DNA from: Botryllus schlosseri
Lineage: Eukaryota
Direction of reading: 5' to 3'
Length of the DNA: 64,000 bases
Assembly (NCBI GenBank): GCA_051294905.1
Contig: CM119372.1
Location: forward strand, 26,228,001-26,292,000
Shown here one piece after another: positions 12,297 through 24,270 of this stretch. The position numbers and the translations under genes are program-made. The notes below the pieces were generated by a model, which saw only the letters and a list, made by a program, of their open reading frames with translations, searched no databases and had not been told where the DNA came from. Each line of letters opens with the position of its first letter. Position 1 is the stretch's first letter.

Positions 12297-13774
12297 GTAA
12301 GTGCAGTAAATGTTTTCCTGTCATTTAAAATAAAATAGGATGTAAGAGTTTACTGGGATGTTTTTCGAACTAATATTCCCCAAAATGTAGCGCAAGAATA
12401 TGAATGATTTCAGGCATGCCCTCCCCTTCTCCCCAGCTTTGCTGAGACAATTTAATAAAAGTTTATTTCTAAGCTATTTTAAGAGTTAAGTTAAGGAATT
12501 ATATTTGTTCACGCAACACACATTGACTTCAACATTGACATTCTGTTACCGAAAATAAACGTCGGTCATTGGTTTAAAAATGTAGTTTCCAAAGTAGGCG
12601 TCATTAGGGCTTGGCTCAAGCGTACCTGGCCATATAATCTAAATGGGGCGATATGGATGTGGAGGGGGCGGAAACGATCAGGGGCGATATGGGGTCGTTC
12701 GGAACAGGGGACGGTATGAGGGTCGCTGAAGAAAAATGGCGTTGTAGTAGATGGCGTATTAGGGACTTGTAATTAATGGTTATACAGTACAGGGATCTCC
12801 AACTCAAAACGGGTCGCGGACCACTCGTCAAATTTCAGAGAGGCCGAGGGATGCAAGAATGCAATATCGCGACGAAATGGGTCACAGAGTTTTGCAACAA
12901 CCCTTTTAAAACTTTATGTCAGTACAGCGCTGTGCTCTCTAACATGGACAATGTGCATAGTTACCACAAAAGAAGTAACATTATTATAGAAGTGCAAATA
13001 CAACAAGAAATATCTTGATCATCAACTTTATTTGATTTCGAACTATGAGCTGCGCACGATACCTGACGACACTTTTCAAATATATTGGGACTAGCGAGAG
13101 ACGGTACTATCCACTCGTAAACCTTGATCTTGTGGGGATGCCCTAAGCCGTTTTTAGGCGTCTCGTTCTTGGTAGTGACTGTCCAGACCATTGTACGTCA
13201 AGGCAATATGACCATTCTTATCAGCTGCTTCTCGCTCGGTGGAATGTCATTGCCATCACTGCAGCTATTTAATGTAGTGAGGAATAGTCATGTTGGATAC
13301 TGACGAATAGCCTATTTTGAAACCACAATTAAAATATATTGATACTGAAATCAATTTCAGCATTTGTAAATGCTTTACTTAGCATTTTACCGAAAACTCA
13401 AATCAAATCGCGGGCCTCAAAATATGACCTCGCGGGCCTCATGCAGACAGTGTACGGTGGGTCATAGCTCGGCCCACTTTCGGTCTAAATCCTCCTGTAA
13501 GACACCTCTTAGGATGGTGATATGGCGAAAAAATCCTAAATAAACCCCATTCTAGTGTCGGACTCGATCCCGCAACCTAATCGGTGTTGCAGCTTTGCAC
13601 TACGCTACCTCTGCGGTAAGTGAGGGCGATTGTAGTTGTAGCGAGTATAGCATAATGACGGTGTATAATGCAGTCGGTCTATCATACACGACGGGAAAAT
13701 GCAAAAAGAGGCGGCCGCAATGAGTTTTATCCCACTCAGTTACTAATATTCACTAATGGCTGTCATATTTCCAG

Positions 13775-14377
13775 GTTGAAAGTATCGATCTGAGTTTCTC
13801 TGGGGTGTCTTCATTATGCGAAGACGCATTTGCGAACGCGGAAAACCTCACACGTGTTACGCTCGTGGGAAGTCCGATTAAAGAAACGCCACGATTTCCT
13901 GAGTCACTGCTGCATTTGAGTCTGGGAAGAACTAATATATCTACTGTGTCGCGGAAATCGATGGCATCTCTTCAAAAATTACTCGAAGCACGTTTCGACA
14001 ATGGTGTTATAAACGATATCGAGGACAACGCATTCGCGGATCTTCATTCCCTGAGTAAACTGGATCTATCCGGAAACAAATTACGTCGACTCACTAAAAA
14101 CACTTTAATAATCGGTTCCTGTGGCGCTCTTCCAGTGCACGAAAAACAGTCGAGACTGCTTACGCTGAATGTTTCCAGAAATACTTTGACGCGAGTCTCC
14201 CGACGGGCGTTTGCGTGCCATCGTCAGCTTCATACTTTGGACTTGAGCGGTAACTTTTTCAAGGTTCTTAAACGGAAACAATTCGATGGGTTGGAGAATT
14301 TACAGAGCCTTTTTCTAAACTACAACTACCTCTCCCGTATAAATGTGCGTGCTTTCGAGGGGATCAAACATTTGAAA
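13775..14377 (+). CDS. LRR receptor exon E
   Basis: tttccAG|GTT...AAA|gtgagt, phase 0/0. 201 codons of typical LRRs (LHSLSKLDLSGNKL, LHTLDLSGNFF, LQSLFLNYNYL). Confidence 0.9.
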
Positions 14378-14507
14378 GTGAGTATTATGTATGGCTTGAT
14401 TCTGATGGTTTTAAAATGCCAACTTCGTAATCCTAATCTTCATATAATTCTCATTCACGATTTAAGGAAATGAGATATAATATCATCGTGTGAATCATAG
14501 ATCATTG

Positions 14508-15814
14508 TACGGAAGGTGTGAACGTGAGATTCACATTCGCGTTCTGTATGTGAACCTCATAAATTTAGAGGTTGGTAGGTTCTGCACTGTGGACCTTTTT
14601 CATATATCACATTTTTTCACGTCATTATAACATGTTTGGTTGCAATTCTTTGTATGTCAACTTTGAAAGAGTCTATGCATGGCACTGGAAGCATAAAAAG
14701 TCAACACTAAACGAGCATGCACCTTGAGAATCTCAAGGATTTCACTTGCTTTTTTACAAAAGTTTGCTCCAAATATTCAGATTCCGTTTGTGAATATTTA
14801 GTGATTCTCTGCTCTGAGCTTGACCCGCAATCACACAACACCAAGAAGGAAATACACTACATGGGTACTCAGCGAATGATGCTTATTCCCACCAATTATT
14901 GAAATTGATATAAAGAATACGTATATAAGAATCGTTGTCTGATGTAGAAAATCCAGCAGGCTTACGGGATCCATTTTGATTTCATATGTTTATTGTATCA
15001 TGGAAAATTCATTCCGTGCGAATCTGGTTTTGGCTACTGTATAACTTGTTTATGGGGAAATATCAGTAGCAAGTATAGAAACCCGTTTTAGATTTTTTCG
15101 AATTTACAATTTACGATTATACAATCTCCTCGTGTTGGCGATTATACGCGTATGATAAGCTTGTTCACGAGTCCGGATTCCGGAAGTGCTGTTAATTAGC
15201 GAGTCCCTGTTCTGTTGTGAACAATTAAATACGCGCGCTTATCAAAGCGTCTTGAGCAGCCTCGGTGTCAATTTGCACAAGTCAAAATGTCCGAGTTTTT
15301 ATGGAATATGTGGTATAATGACGCCGATTTCAGGTGGCTCAAACCTTACCTCTTTTATAACACAAGCCTTGACACACATCTTCTGATAGTTATGTTTGAA
15401 TATTAGCGGAAATCAATTACGCATGTACACACGCGTCACACATGTTTGCGGACATTCGATGCGGACAACCGCCGAATATATTGTCTGACCTGGTCTTCAC
15501 CGTGAGCCTGCAAGTGCTCATCGAAATTATTGGCAAAGCGACAGAAGATATTGATTTTTTGGGATTATCAATGGCATTTGATTGCTTCAGTTGATACGTT
15601 TGGTTACTTTTAAAAAGTCAGCATGTACTTCAGCATTGTGGCATAGTGTGGCGTGTGGCCTGAGTCTTCGCTAGCTATCGTGCGCACTGTACATTAAGAT
15701 ATCACTGCCGTGAAATGTAGGGTTCGAATTAGCAATATGACGTCACGTGACGTGATAAGGTTCACGTTCGCGTTCACACGAACCTGAAGCTTTCAGGTGT
15801 TCGCACCATCCCTA
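14508..15814. mobile_element. MITE family F (GTGAAC/GTTCAC subterminal repeats)
   Basis: Colinear with the complete copy 54090-55039; right end CACCATCCCTA; atcatt flanks both ends. Confidence 0.8.
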
Positions 15815-16252
15815 ATCATTAGTGAACATTAATTGCTGCAAGTCAATGTCATTTCGTGGCCTTTATCACAAAAATACAAATTATCATCGCCTAATAAATA
15901 ATGTGTGTACTGCGGCCAAGTATTTCCAATAGTCTTGTCACGTAACGCAGAATCGTACTGTATCTCTTTGTGTTGTTCAATGACCACATTGACTAGTTCC
16001 TTATAGATGACAGGAGAATAATCATTGTTTTTTGCAACAGCAGTATTGTTCCATTGGCAATTTCAACAGTTCGTTTGACGCAGTCACTCTTTCGGGTATA
16101 GGTACATAAAAATGCTTGAACATCAGTTTTAAATATATTTTCTGGTTTAATTACATTATTAGGACGTTCAAAAATTAATAACTAACTTCCATTACCAAAC
16201 ACAACCATTGAGCACTGCTAAATACGTTAATAGTATTGCATTTATTCAATAG

Positions 16253-17218
16253 ATTCTCCATCTCGAAGACAACTTATTGGACTACATTTACGAGGGAACA
16301 TTTGCAAGCTTGCCTGCGCTAACTCACCTGTACCTTCAGAACAATAAAATAAAAGTACTGGAGCGAATTCGAGCACCAACTCTGGAATATATAGATCTGT
16401 CTTATAACAATATTTGGAAAATGCCCAACATCATGTCGTCGAATTTGCAGACCTTGAAAGCGTCATTTAATGACATTGAAAATGTCCCGTACGCCGCATT
16501 AATGAAGGCTAATAAACTAAAAGTGTTAGAATTAAGCAACTGCGCTTTGACGCATTTATATTTACCAATGTTCAATGCCATGACTGCTCTGGATACTTTG
16601 GATCTATCCAACAACTTTTTAACCACATTTGTGAACGTTTCAATTTCATCATTAAAACATCTATATCTTAAGGCAAATGACTTGACAAGTATTTCAAATA
16701 ACTTTTCTGCTCTTTTCCCTAATCTGCATACGTTAGATATGCGTTCGAATAACATATCCCAACTCAACATACTCGATTTCTATGGCTTGACTAACCTAAA
16801 TTCGGTATATTTATCAAACAATAACTTGCGTTGTGAATGTGAACTACTATACTTTGTAGATTGGCTGGAGAATAAAGTAGATACTGTTAGCGATGTTAAT
16901 TTCTGGACATGTGAAAAGCCTATCGAAAAGTATGGCATGCCCGTGGTAGAAGTTGTCCGGAATTTAACGACATGCAAACATAATTTAACAATCATTGAGC
17001 CTGCATTGAACGTATTCCATCGCGCTGCCATTCTAGCTTCATCGGGAACTATTGTTTTAATACTCAGTGTTTGTATCGCGTTTGCGATAGTAAAGAAGTG
17101 GTCTTTGAAAATCAAGTTGAAAGTAAAGGATAATAACAACAAATATCTACGAGGAAGCACTTGCAAACGTGACAGTGACTTGCCATCAACCAATAAAATG
17201 ACGACCGATGTCACTTGA
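16253..17218 (+). CDS. LRR receptor terminal exon: LRRs, LRRCT, transmembrane helix, short cytoplasmic tail
   Basis: caatAG|ATT in frame with ORF 16277-17218. LRRCT NNLRCECELLYFVDWL...WTCEKP...C; hydrophobic AAILASSGTIVLILSVCIAFAIV followed by KKW; TGA ends at 17218. The six exons give about 752 aa. Confidence 0.9.
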   Translation: MLHLEDNLLDYIYEGTFASLPALTHLYLQNNKIKVLERIRAPTLEYIDLSYNNIWKMPNIMSSNLQTLKASFNDIENVPYAALMKANKLKVLELSNCALTHLYLPMFNAMTALDTLDLSNNFLTTFVNVSISSLKHLYLKANDLTSISNNFSALFPNLHTLDMRSNNISQLNILDFYGLTNLNSVYLSNNNLRCECELLYFVDWLENKVDTVSDVNFWTCEKPIEKYGMPVVEVVRNLTTCKHNLTIIEPALNVFHRAAILASSGTIVLILSVCIAFAIVKKWSLKIKLKVKDNNNKYLRGSTCKRDSDLPSTNKMTTDVT

Positions 17219-17403
17219 CGAGAGGAGACATAAACGTAGCTCTCAATGTTACCGTGTCATGCGAACGACATTTGTCAGTCTTCCGGGAATCGATGCAGGC
17301 GTTCATCGGAGTCTGAGTAAAGTAAGATGCGCAACATCTGTCGAAAGCGTCTTCTCGTGCTCATCGAGGATGGCGCTGCAGTCCGATACTTATCTATGGA
17401 CAC

Positions 17404-18143
17404 TAGGGTTGTTCAAAAAGAACCTTTTTTAAATATTTATTATATAAAACTAAAAAATATTTTACAAATTCTACTGTCAATCTTATGAAATTGTTGAGTT
17501 GTCTACAAAAGCGATGCAAAACAAATTTGACAGATTTCCAGCCCGCAGTAGCAGTGAAGTTATTTGAGTTTTTCATTGATATTTCGGGGATTACCCACCG
17601 TCCAGGCTATTTCTTCGAATCCAAAATTTTCAACTGCAATAACTTCGCTTCTGCAGGTAATAAGTAAGCAAAAATTCATAATCGTTGTTCATTTAGACAA
17701 CTTCACAATTTCGTGGGGTTCACAGTAATATCTGATTTTTTTTACAGTAAATTCAATATTTTCACACTTCTGTGCATTCACATCTACCAGTAGCGAGAAA
17801 GCGTGGTGGTATAATCCACAGCTACAACACTAATGTGTCGTGGATTCGAGTCTTTGAGTCTCCTCCGCGCCATCTCATCCGCTTAAGCAGTGTCTTACAA
17901 AAGCCAAGAAGTATAGGCCGTGCTACAAGTCGGCAGTTACGGAATCAAATATAACGAATGTGGGTCTGGTGTTTAGCCATAGTAGTCGACAAACACCATG
18001 AATACCACAAAGAAAAACAACAACAACAACAACATCTACCAGTCGAAATCGAACCAAATTTGGTCTGCAGCGTTTTAGGCGACATAACTATTCAAACAAT
18101 GAATCCCGGAATCCGGAAAAAAAGTTATTTTTGAACAACCCTA
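17404..18143. mobile_element. TAGGG-type MITE just downstream of the LRR stop codon, containing a SINE
   Basis: TIR TAGGGTTGTTCAAAAA; degenerate TSD atggacac/ctggatac. Confidence 0.8.
17792..18031 (+). mobile_element. tRNA-derived SINE
   Basis: A-box-like AGCGTGGTGG, B-box-like GATTCGAGTC, (CAA)n tail, 12-bp TSD acatctaccagt; several related copies in the window. Confidence 0.8.
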
Positions 18144-19361
18144 CTGGATACGTTTCCTTTTTCATGCATTTGCGATATTCTTCAATTATTAATTTTCTCA
18201 TTTACGAAAGTGAGTATATGTTCCTACTTGTGACAAACATTACACTCGACAATAAATATGGGTTTATACGTGTCGTTTATTTCCATCTTATCACAACAAA
18301 AGTAATTGTTCTCATAATTCCTTGTCTTTATATCGAGAAATGTGGTGACATCACTTGGACTTACCTAATCTACAATTTCTAGGAAGAACTTCAGACTTTC
18401 TCTTCATGCATGTACGCATCCATGGATGTACGGTACAAATATACTTGCATTAGTGTGAAGCAGGAATCCGTATCTGGGATGTGTATTGGCAGGATTTTAT
18501 CATTACCCGAAGTCGCTGTAGAACCGCAGTGCTAATTTCCAGCATAAACAACGTGACCATGCAGGCAAGAAAATAATAAATGGCTCCAACGAATTACGCC
18601 TATGAACCAATTTTATGCAGTTCCCAATTCCCAAGCCACTACTGTTTCATCTCGTTCCTATGATTAATCAGAAGTAGTCAGTTACAAATTTCTTCTACTT
18701 TTTTGAAGTACTCAAGTAGTTTTCCGCTACTTGCAGTTCTTACTCAATTAAATCTATATTAGGCTACTTCTGCCTCTACTTCGTAATATTTCGTGATCTA
18801 CTTACTTTTCGCTATTTTCAGTTTGTCAAGTAGAAGTAGATAAATTCTTCAGAAAGATTGCCTGAAGAATTTTGGGGCTGTTTTTACGGAGTACCAACAT
18901 TTAATTTTCATAAAAGTTAGTTAAAGCCCAGAATTTTAATCGCGTTTCGCGAACACTAGATATGCGTGACAAATATGTTTTCACGAAAGTATCGGTGAAT
19001 ATAATTTAGGTAGCGGGTTGTGTGGTTCCTTTCACACCGCATTGTAGCCCATATGAAATCGCAGTAAATATGACTCAACGTTTTAAACTACAGTTTCACA
19101 ATCTCACAATTATCTATCATATCGTGATCTAGCAGCACACGGCGTGTTCTAATCTGTAAAAGTGAACTCCGACTTTTTTTAGGGTTGGACCTGTTTTAGC
19201 AGGCCAAGGTTTATTCTTTCTGGACAAAAGAGATAAAATATATTTTCCGCTTTTTAGAAGTTGGCCTAGTATTTGTATTTCGTTCTCAAAGAACATGCAT
19301 GTTGAAGTATAAAAGCAAGTGTAGTAATGCCTCTATTTTCCGAAAATAAAGCTGCATTATT

Positions 19362-20457
19362 TAGGGTTACCATATTTCTGTGACCCAAATTCCGGACACT
19401 CTTTAGCGACCACTAGTGGATTTCAAAATGAGTTATGAGCACATTGTCTGTCAATATGACGTCACACTAGCAAAGGTTTGCTTATAGACCAGAGATGGTC
19501 ACGAACCAGGTTCAGGAGGATGTGGCTGTGTGTTGTTTAACCAGGACCGAAACCACATTTGTTCAGACCCTTCCCGCCCAAATTTACAATGATTTTGTTC
19601 CCACCATAGGGTAACCGATGTTAATTCTGGGGGTATTCCTATATGCATCTGGTTTCTATATGCATCTGGTCGTTAAATATTTTGAATGACTTCTGTCAAT
19701 ATTATTCGTTCTTTCATATTACTATATAGTTTGATCCTTTCTTCGCCCACATGATCAGAGTTAGCGGTAGAGCATGTATGGAGCATAATGACTTGGAAAA
19801 CACATGGAGCGTAATTGTATATCGTAAAGCCATGTTCATGTCACACCGATAAGATTGTTGATCAGCCTTATGCCGGTGCGCACAACGGAGCCTTATAAAC
19901 ACCCCACATCCAGTGGTTTCCAACCTTTTATGATCGCGACTCCATCTCCAATTCGAAAATGTTCCGTGGCTCAGATCAAAATTTGACGAGCTGATTACTA
20001 AAAAAAGTCAGCACCTTCGCCAAGACTTACTCACGGGCTATTTTGGAAGCTGATTACGTTCAACATCTTCGGGAACCCCAGAATAAAGGCAAACTACCCC
20101 CACGTTGGGAATCACTATCTTGCAATAAAGCATTTAGACGGCCTTAACCATCTCTAGGAATACCCCGTTCTCCTATAATTTCGATTACAATTAGGCTTAT
20201 TTCAGTAAATGAAGGTTATTTTTATTTTATTGCAGTTTTTGCGAGGGTGGTAGTCCCCATATTAAAAACAATAAATGTGACAGGAAATCGCGCGCAGCGC
20301 GAAGAAAAATTTCATGTTGCATATATATTCCCAAAAATAATGATATTATGTTGATTTACGAAAAAATTATGAGCTACATCAAGCCTTCAAAATTCCGGAC
20401 ATTTACGCATATTTTAGAAATTCCGGACATGTCCGGGAAATTCCGGACGTATGGCAA
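19362..20457. mobile_element. TAGGG-type non-autonomous element with TTCCGGACA repeats, family G
   Basis: Left end TAGGGTTACCATA; right end ...CGTATGGCAA truncated; inverted partial homologue at 23589-24270. Confidence 0.7.
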
Positions 20458-22192
20458 GTTGCGGGGCATGGGCCGGAGCCGGAGCCGGACCTTATATTAC
20501 ATCTATATATTGTATATATAAAAACAATTTAACTGACATATCACCATTGTAATAAAGATGCGCTGCTGTAGAACTCGATCAAAGAAAGGAATTTTCTATC
20601 AGACTGCTTCCATGTGCCACAAACTCAACCAACCAAGCAGAACATACGCTAATTACTATGAGCCATATTCTAGAACACAAAAAGCAATGCACTATGACGT
20701 CACAACCGTATTATTCGGTCGTCAACAACTACGGTAAACATAATTTTTACAAATTCAAAAAATCACTATACTTCTACTTGTCATCGCCAGCAGCTTCGAA
20801 TTGCAGCTACGCTCAACCATTATCACCATCCCAACCATCGTATCAACAAATCCAAGGTTCGTTATTATTACCCATTATCTAAATAATTGATCATTAAATG
20901 ACTTTAAGTTATTATATTTTATTTGCATTAATTTCTGTTATACTCACCTTATATGCACGATGTAAATATGCACTTTACTTCTTTCTATCTTATCATTTTA
21001 TATCCTTTTCGTAATACAGCACTATGGATATTACTCCCAAATTATAAAAAAAAGACGCAACTGCTCCTTCGGGTGTAAGCATTACCGGTTATTTGCGACA
21101 GAAAAGGAGAGGCTAAGGCCCTACCTACATCTTTATACCCCTGACGACGTAAGGTGCTATGGTAGAGTTGCTTTGGAACGAGTCAATATCCATTTTACTA
21201 TATTCATTCCCTCTGCTTATATTATGTTTTCACGAATTTATATCTGTTATGTTTTATTTTTATGCATATAAATATATCTGTTTGCAACGAACAACACTTT
21301 CATACTCAAATTCTGCACCACATGGAACCCATATATCTTTTTGTTGAATATCTACTACGTCAGATATCTATACTACAACTCCTTCACTTAATTACATCTT
21401 ACCCTTTCCACTACTTTTCCAGATTTTATGTTACATGATATCAACCCAAAACATCCAATCTTTGAATTCTTGTCGGTAGGGTCAAGCCCGCCTATGACAT
21501 CTTACCGAGGAAGATCCTATCGTAAAACACCAGAACGTCTTGTTAACCAAATTGCTATACGACATATAAAACACATTCTATATAAACCATGACAAGGAAT
21601 CTGGTGGATCCATTCGCGGAAGCCCTAGACTGCGCCCTTGCGGGCGCAGTTCTTTCAAGCTTTTACCGCTATGCTGCCTTCGGCAGCTTACAATAGTGCG
21701 GGGCATCGACTCGAGTCAGACTCGAGTCACGATTTTTTTGTGACTCGACTTGACTCGAGTCATTTTCTTGAAATGGGAAAATGACTCGACTCGACTCGAG
21801 TCAATATTTGGATTGACTCGACTTGTACTCGAGTCATTACGCATGACTCGACCCAAGTCATTGACGCGGCTTATTTTATATGACTTGAAGATGAAGAAAT
21901 TTGCAAATCGTATTGGCTAGATCAACGCATCTGACGAATTCTGCCGTCATCGCTATTTGCCACCACTGTTTCCGATGCACTCGTCTGATATCAGATATGC
22001 CGCCGTAAAAACAACAGACAATGGTACATATTAGCAATGCATTGCACAAAATGATCCAGTAATGAAGGTGTAATCGATCCTCCGCAATCAAAGTACTCAA
22101 GACTTTTCAATTATACAAGCAAACAATCGAAGGAAAGTTTAATTAGAGCCAATGCAATGACTCAGATGGTCAAGTACTTGGTAGAGCTAGAC

Positions 22193-23414
22193 CAGGGGTT
22201 CTCAACCCGCGGCCCGCAGACGGTTCTTTTGCGGCCCGCGACATCTTTCAATATGAACGCAATTACCACTGGTACAGTATTGTTATGGAATACCGATGTG
22301 TCACATTTGTCCAAGAACAGTTGTTGTAACAAAGCCTAGAAGCTTCAAATGATTGCACGATAGTTTCATCTGGAGTTATACATATCGCCTGATCTTAGAG
22401 AAAACATTGCTAGCTTGGTTTCAGGCCCAGCAATCCATATTTCGAGGCATTTTTAAAATTGCCGACGACGTGTCAGACGCATTGTTCAAAATTGCTTGGA
22501 ATATCGATAAACCGAAGAGTTTGCTAGAGAATGTGTGTCTTCAATATAAATTTAACGTACTGTGCGAATAATCGCTGTTTCCAGAACTTAGCAGCAAGTC
22601 CGACATCACCTGACAAATTTCGAGGCTACAGTTGTCTGATTCAACAGTCACCAGAAGAGTAACAGCTATCTCAGTCGATCTTTTATCGCATGTTTTGAAG
22701 CACATTGCCACGCATAGACTACTTTAGCCTAGCATTGGACGAATCCATCGACTGCACACAGTGTACACTGCACACACATTACATAGCCAATTATCCAGGT
22801 GCGTTTTATCAAAGTGGACATATTTCCAGATGAAATGCTGACGGGGCAAACGTGGGAAGGGGAGCAGTGAAAAACATCAATTTGACAAAGCTGACTTCTG
22901 TAACGATTCGTGTAAGGCTCCAGCCATGTAAGGAAAGGAGAAGAGTTGATTGGTTTGCTCAGAAATTTCCTCGAACTTCTGACTTCATCTCATAGCACCA
23001 AGAGCTCAAAGTGATAATGACCCCTGTATCGAAAATGTCATCGTAATTTTATACTTGCTCTCTCACGCATTGAAACAGCGAGTTCGGTTCTCTGGTGGAA
23101 GGGTTTGAAGGGTACATATACCAACATGGCAACGAATAGATTGTTCGCTCCATGAAGGGATTTACTTGCGCCATGCACTTGAAGATAGATATCCTCACAA
23201 AAAACAGCAACTGCAAACTTACGAACGCTCTCCATTAATGCTTTAGAATGCATACATACAAATGTACTAAATTCCCGTATCAGTCTGGTAAATAGGCTAC
23301 AGTAACCTAAATTTAATAGTGATTCACAAATACATGGTGATAATGTTCTGCGGCCCACGGCGTCTTTTAGTGTAAAAATGCGGCCCGCTATACGAGGGAA
23401 GTTGAGAACCCCTG
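22193..23414 (+). mobile_element. Family C hAT element with decayed GTF2IRD2/SPIN-like transposase
   Basis: TIR CAGGGGTTCTCAAC; perfect TSD agctagac; fragments LFKIAWNI, QLSDSTVTRRV, SLALDES typical of Buster-group transposases. Confidence 0.88.
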
Positions 23415-23588
23415 AGCTAGACTGATAAGCTCTTGTGTAGATTTGAAGGCGATGATTCTTTGCATTTTTCGGCGACTAGAAGGAATGAGTATCCAATGCT
23501 CTTCAGTGTGGTTCAAAAATGCTAGTCCATTCCTGCATCTAGTGCACTAGTGGAACGTGTATTCAGTAGAGGTGGGTTTATTCTGAGG

Positions 23589-24270
23589 TAGGGTTGCCAG
23601 GCGTCTGGGATTTCCAGGGCATGTCCAGAATTTCACTGTTTAAACTGCGTCCGGGAGGAATTTCGAAAATATGCCGAAATGTCTGGAATTTTAAGTAAGC
23701 TCATAATTTTTTCCTAAATCAAAATGAACAATATTATATTTGGGTAGCTTTATGCTACATGAAATTTTTGTTCGCGCGTGGCGCGATTTAGTATCACACA
23801 CGTCGGCTTTAATATGGGGACTACCACCCTCGCAAAAACTGCGATCAAAGATAAATAAAAATAACATTCATTTACATAAATAAGTCTAATAGTAATCGCA
23901 ATTACAATACAAGATGACGGTATATTCGTAGAGTCGGTTTATGCCGTTTCGATACTTTATTCAAAGATAGAGGTTCTAAACCTAGGGGTGGTTTGCCTTT
24001 ATTTTGGGGTTCGCGAAGATGTTGAATGTAATCAAATCAGTTTCCAAATATACCGTGGATAAGTCAGGGCAAATATGCCGACCTGTGATTAGTAATCAGC
24101 TTATCAAATTTTGAGCAGGGCCACGGAACATTTTCATATTGGAAATGGAGTCGCGACCATAAACAATTGGAAACCACCAAGTGTGCAGTGTTTATATAGC
24201 TCAGTGGCGCATTGGACACAGGCATTAGGCTGATAAATAATCTTATCGATGTGACATGAGCTTGACTTTA
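23589..24270. mobile_element. Partial family G element
   Basis: Starts TAGGGTTGCCA; reverse-complement similarity to about 19820-20450. Confidence 0.7.

Noticed and set aside
16402..17214. Minus-strand ORFs of 122 and 144 aa
   Set aside because: Antisense shadows of the LRR terminal exon with no recognisable motif.
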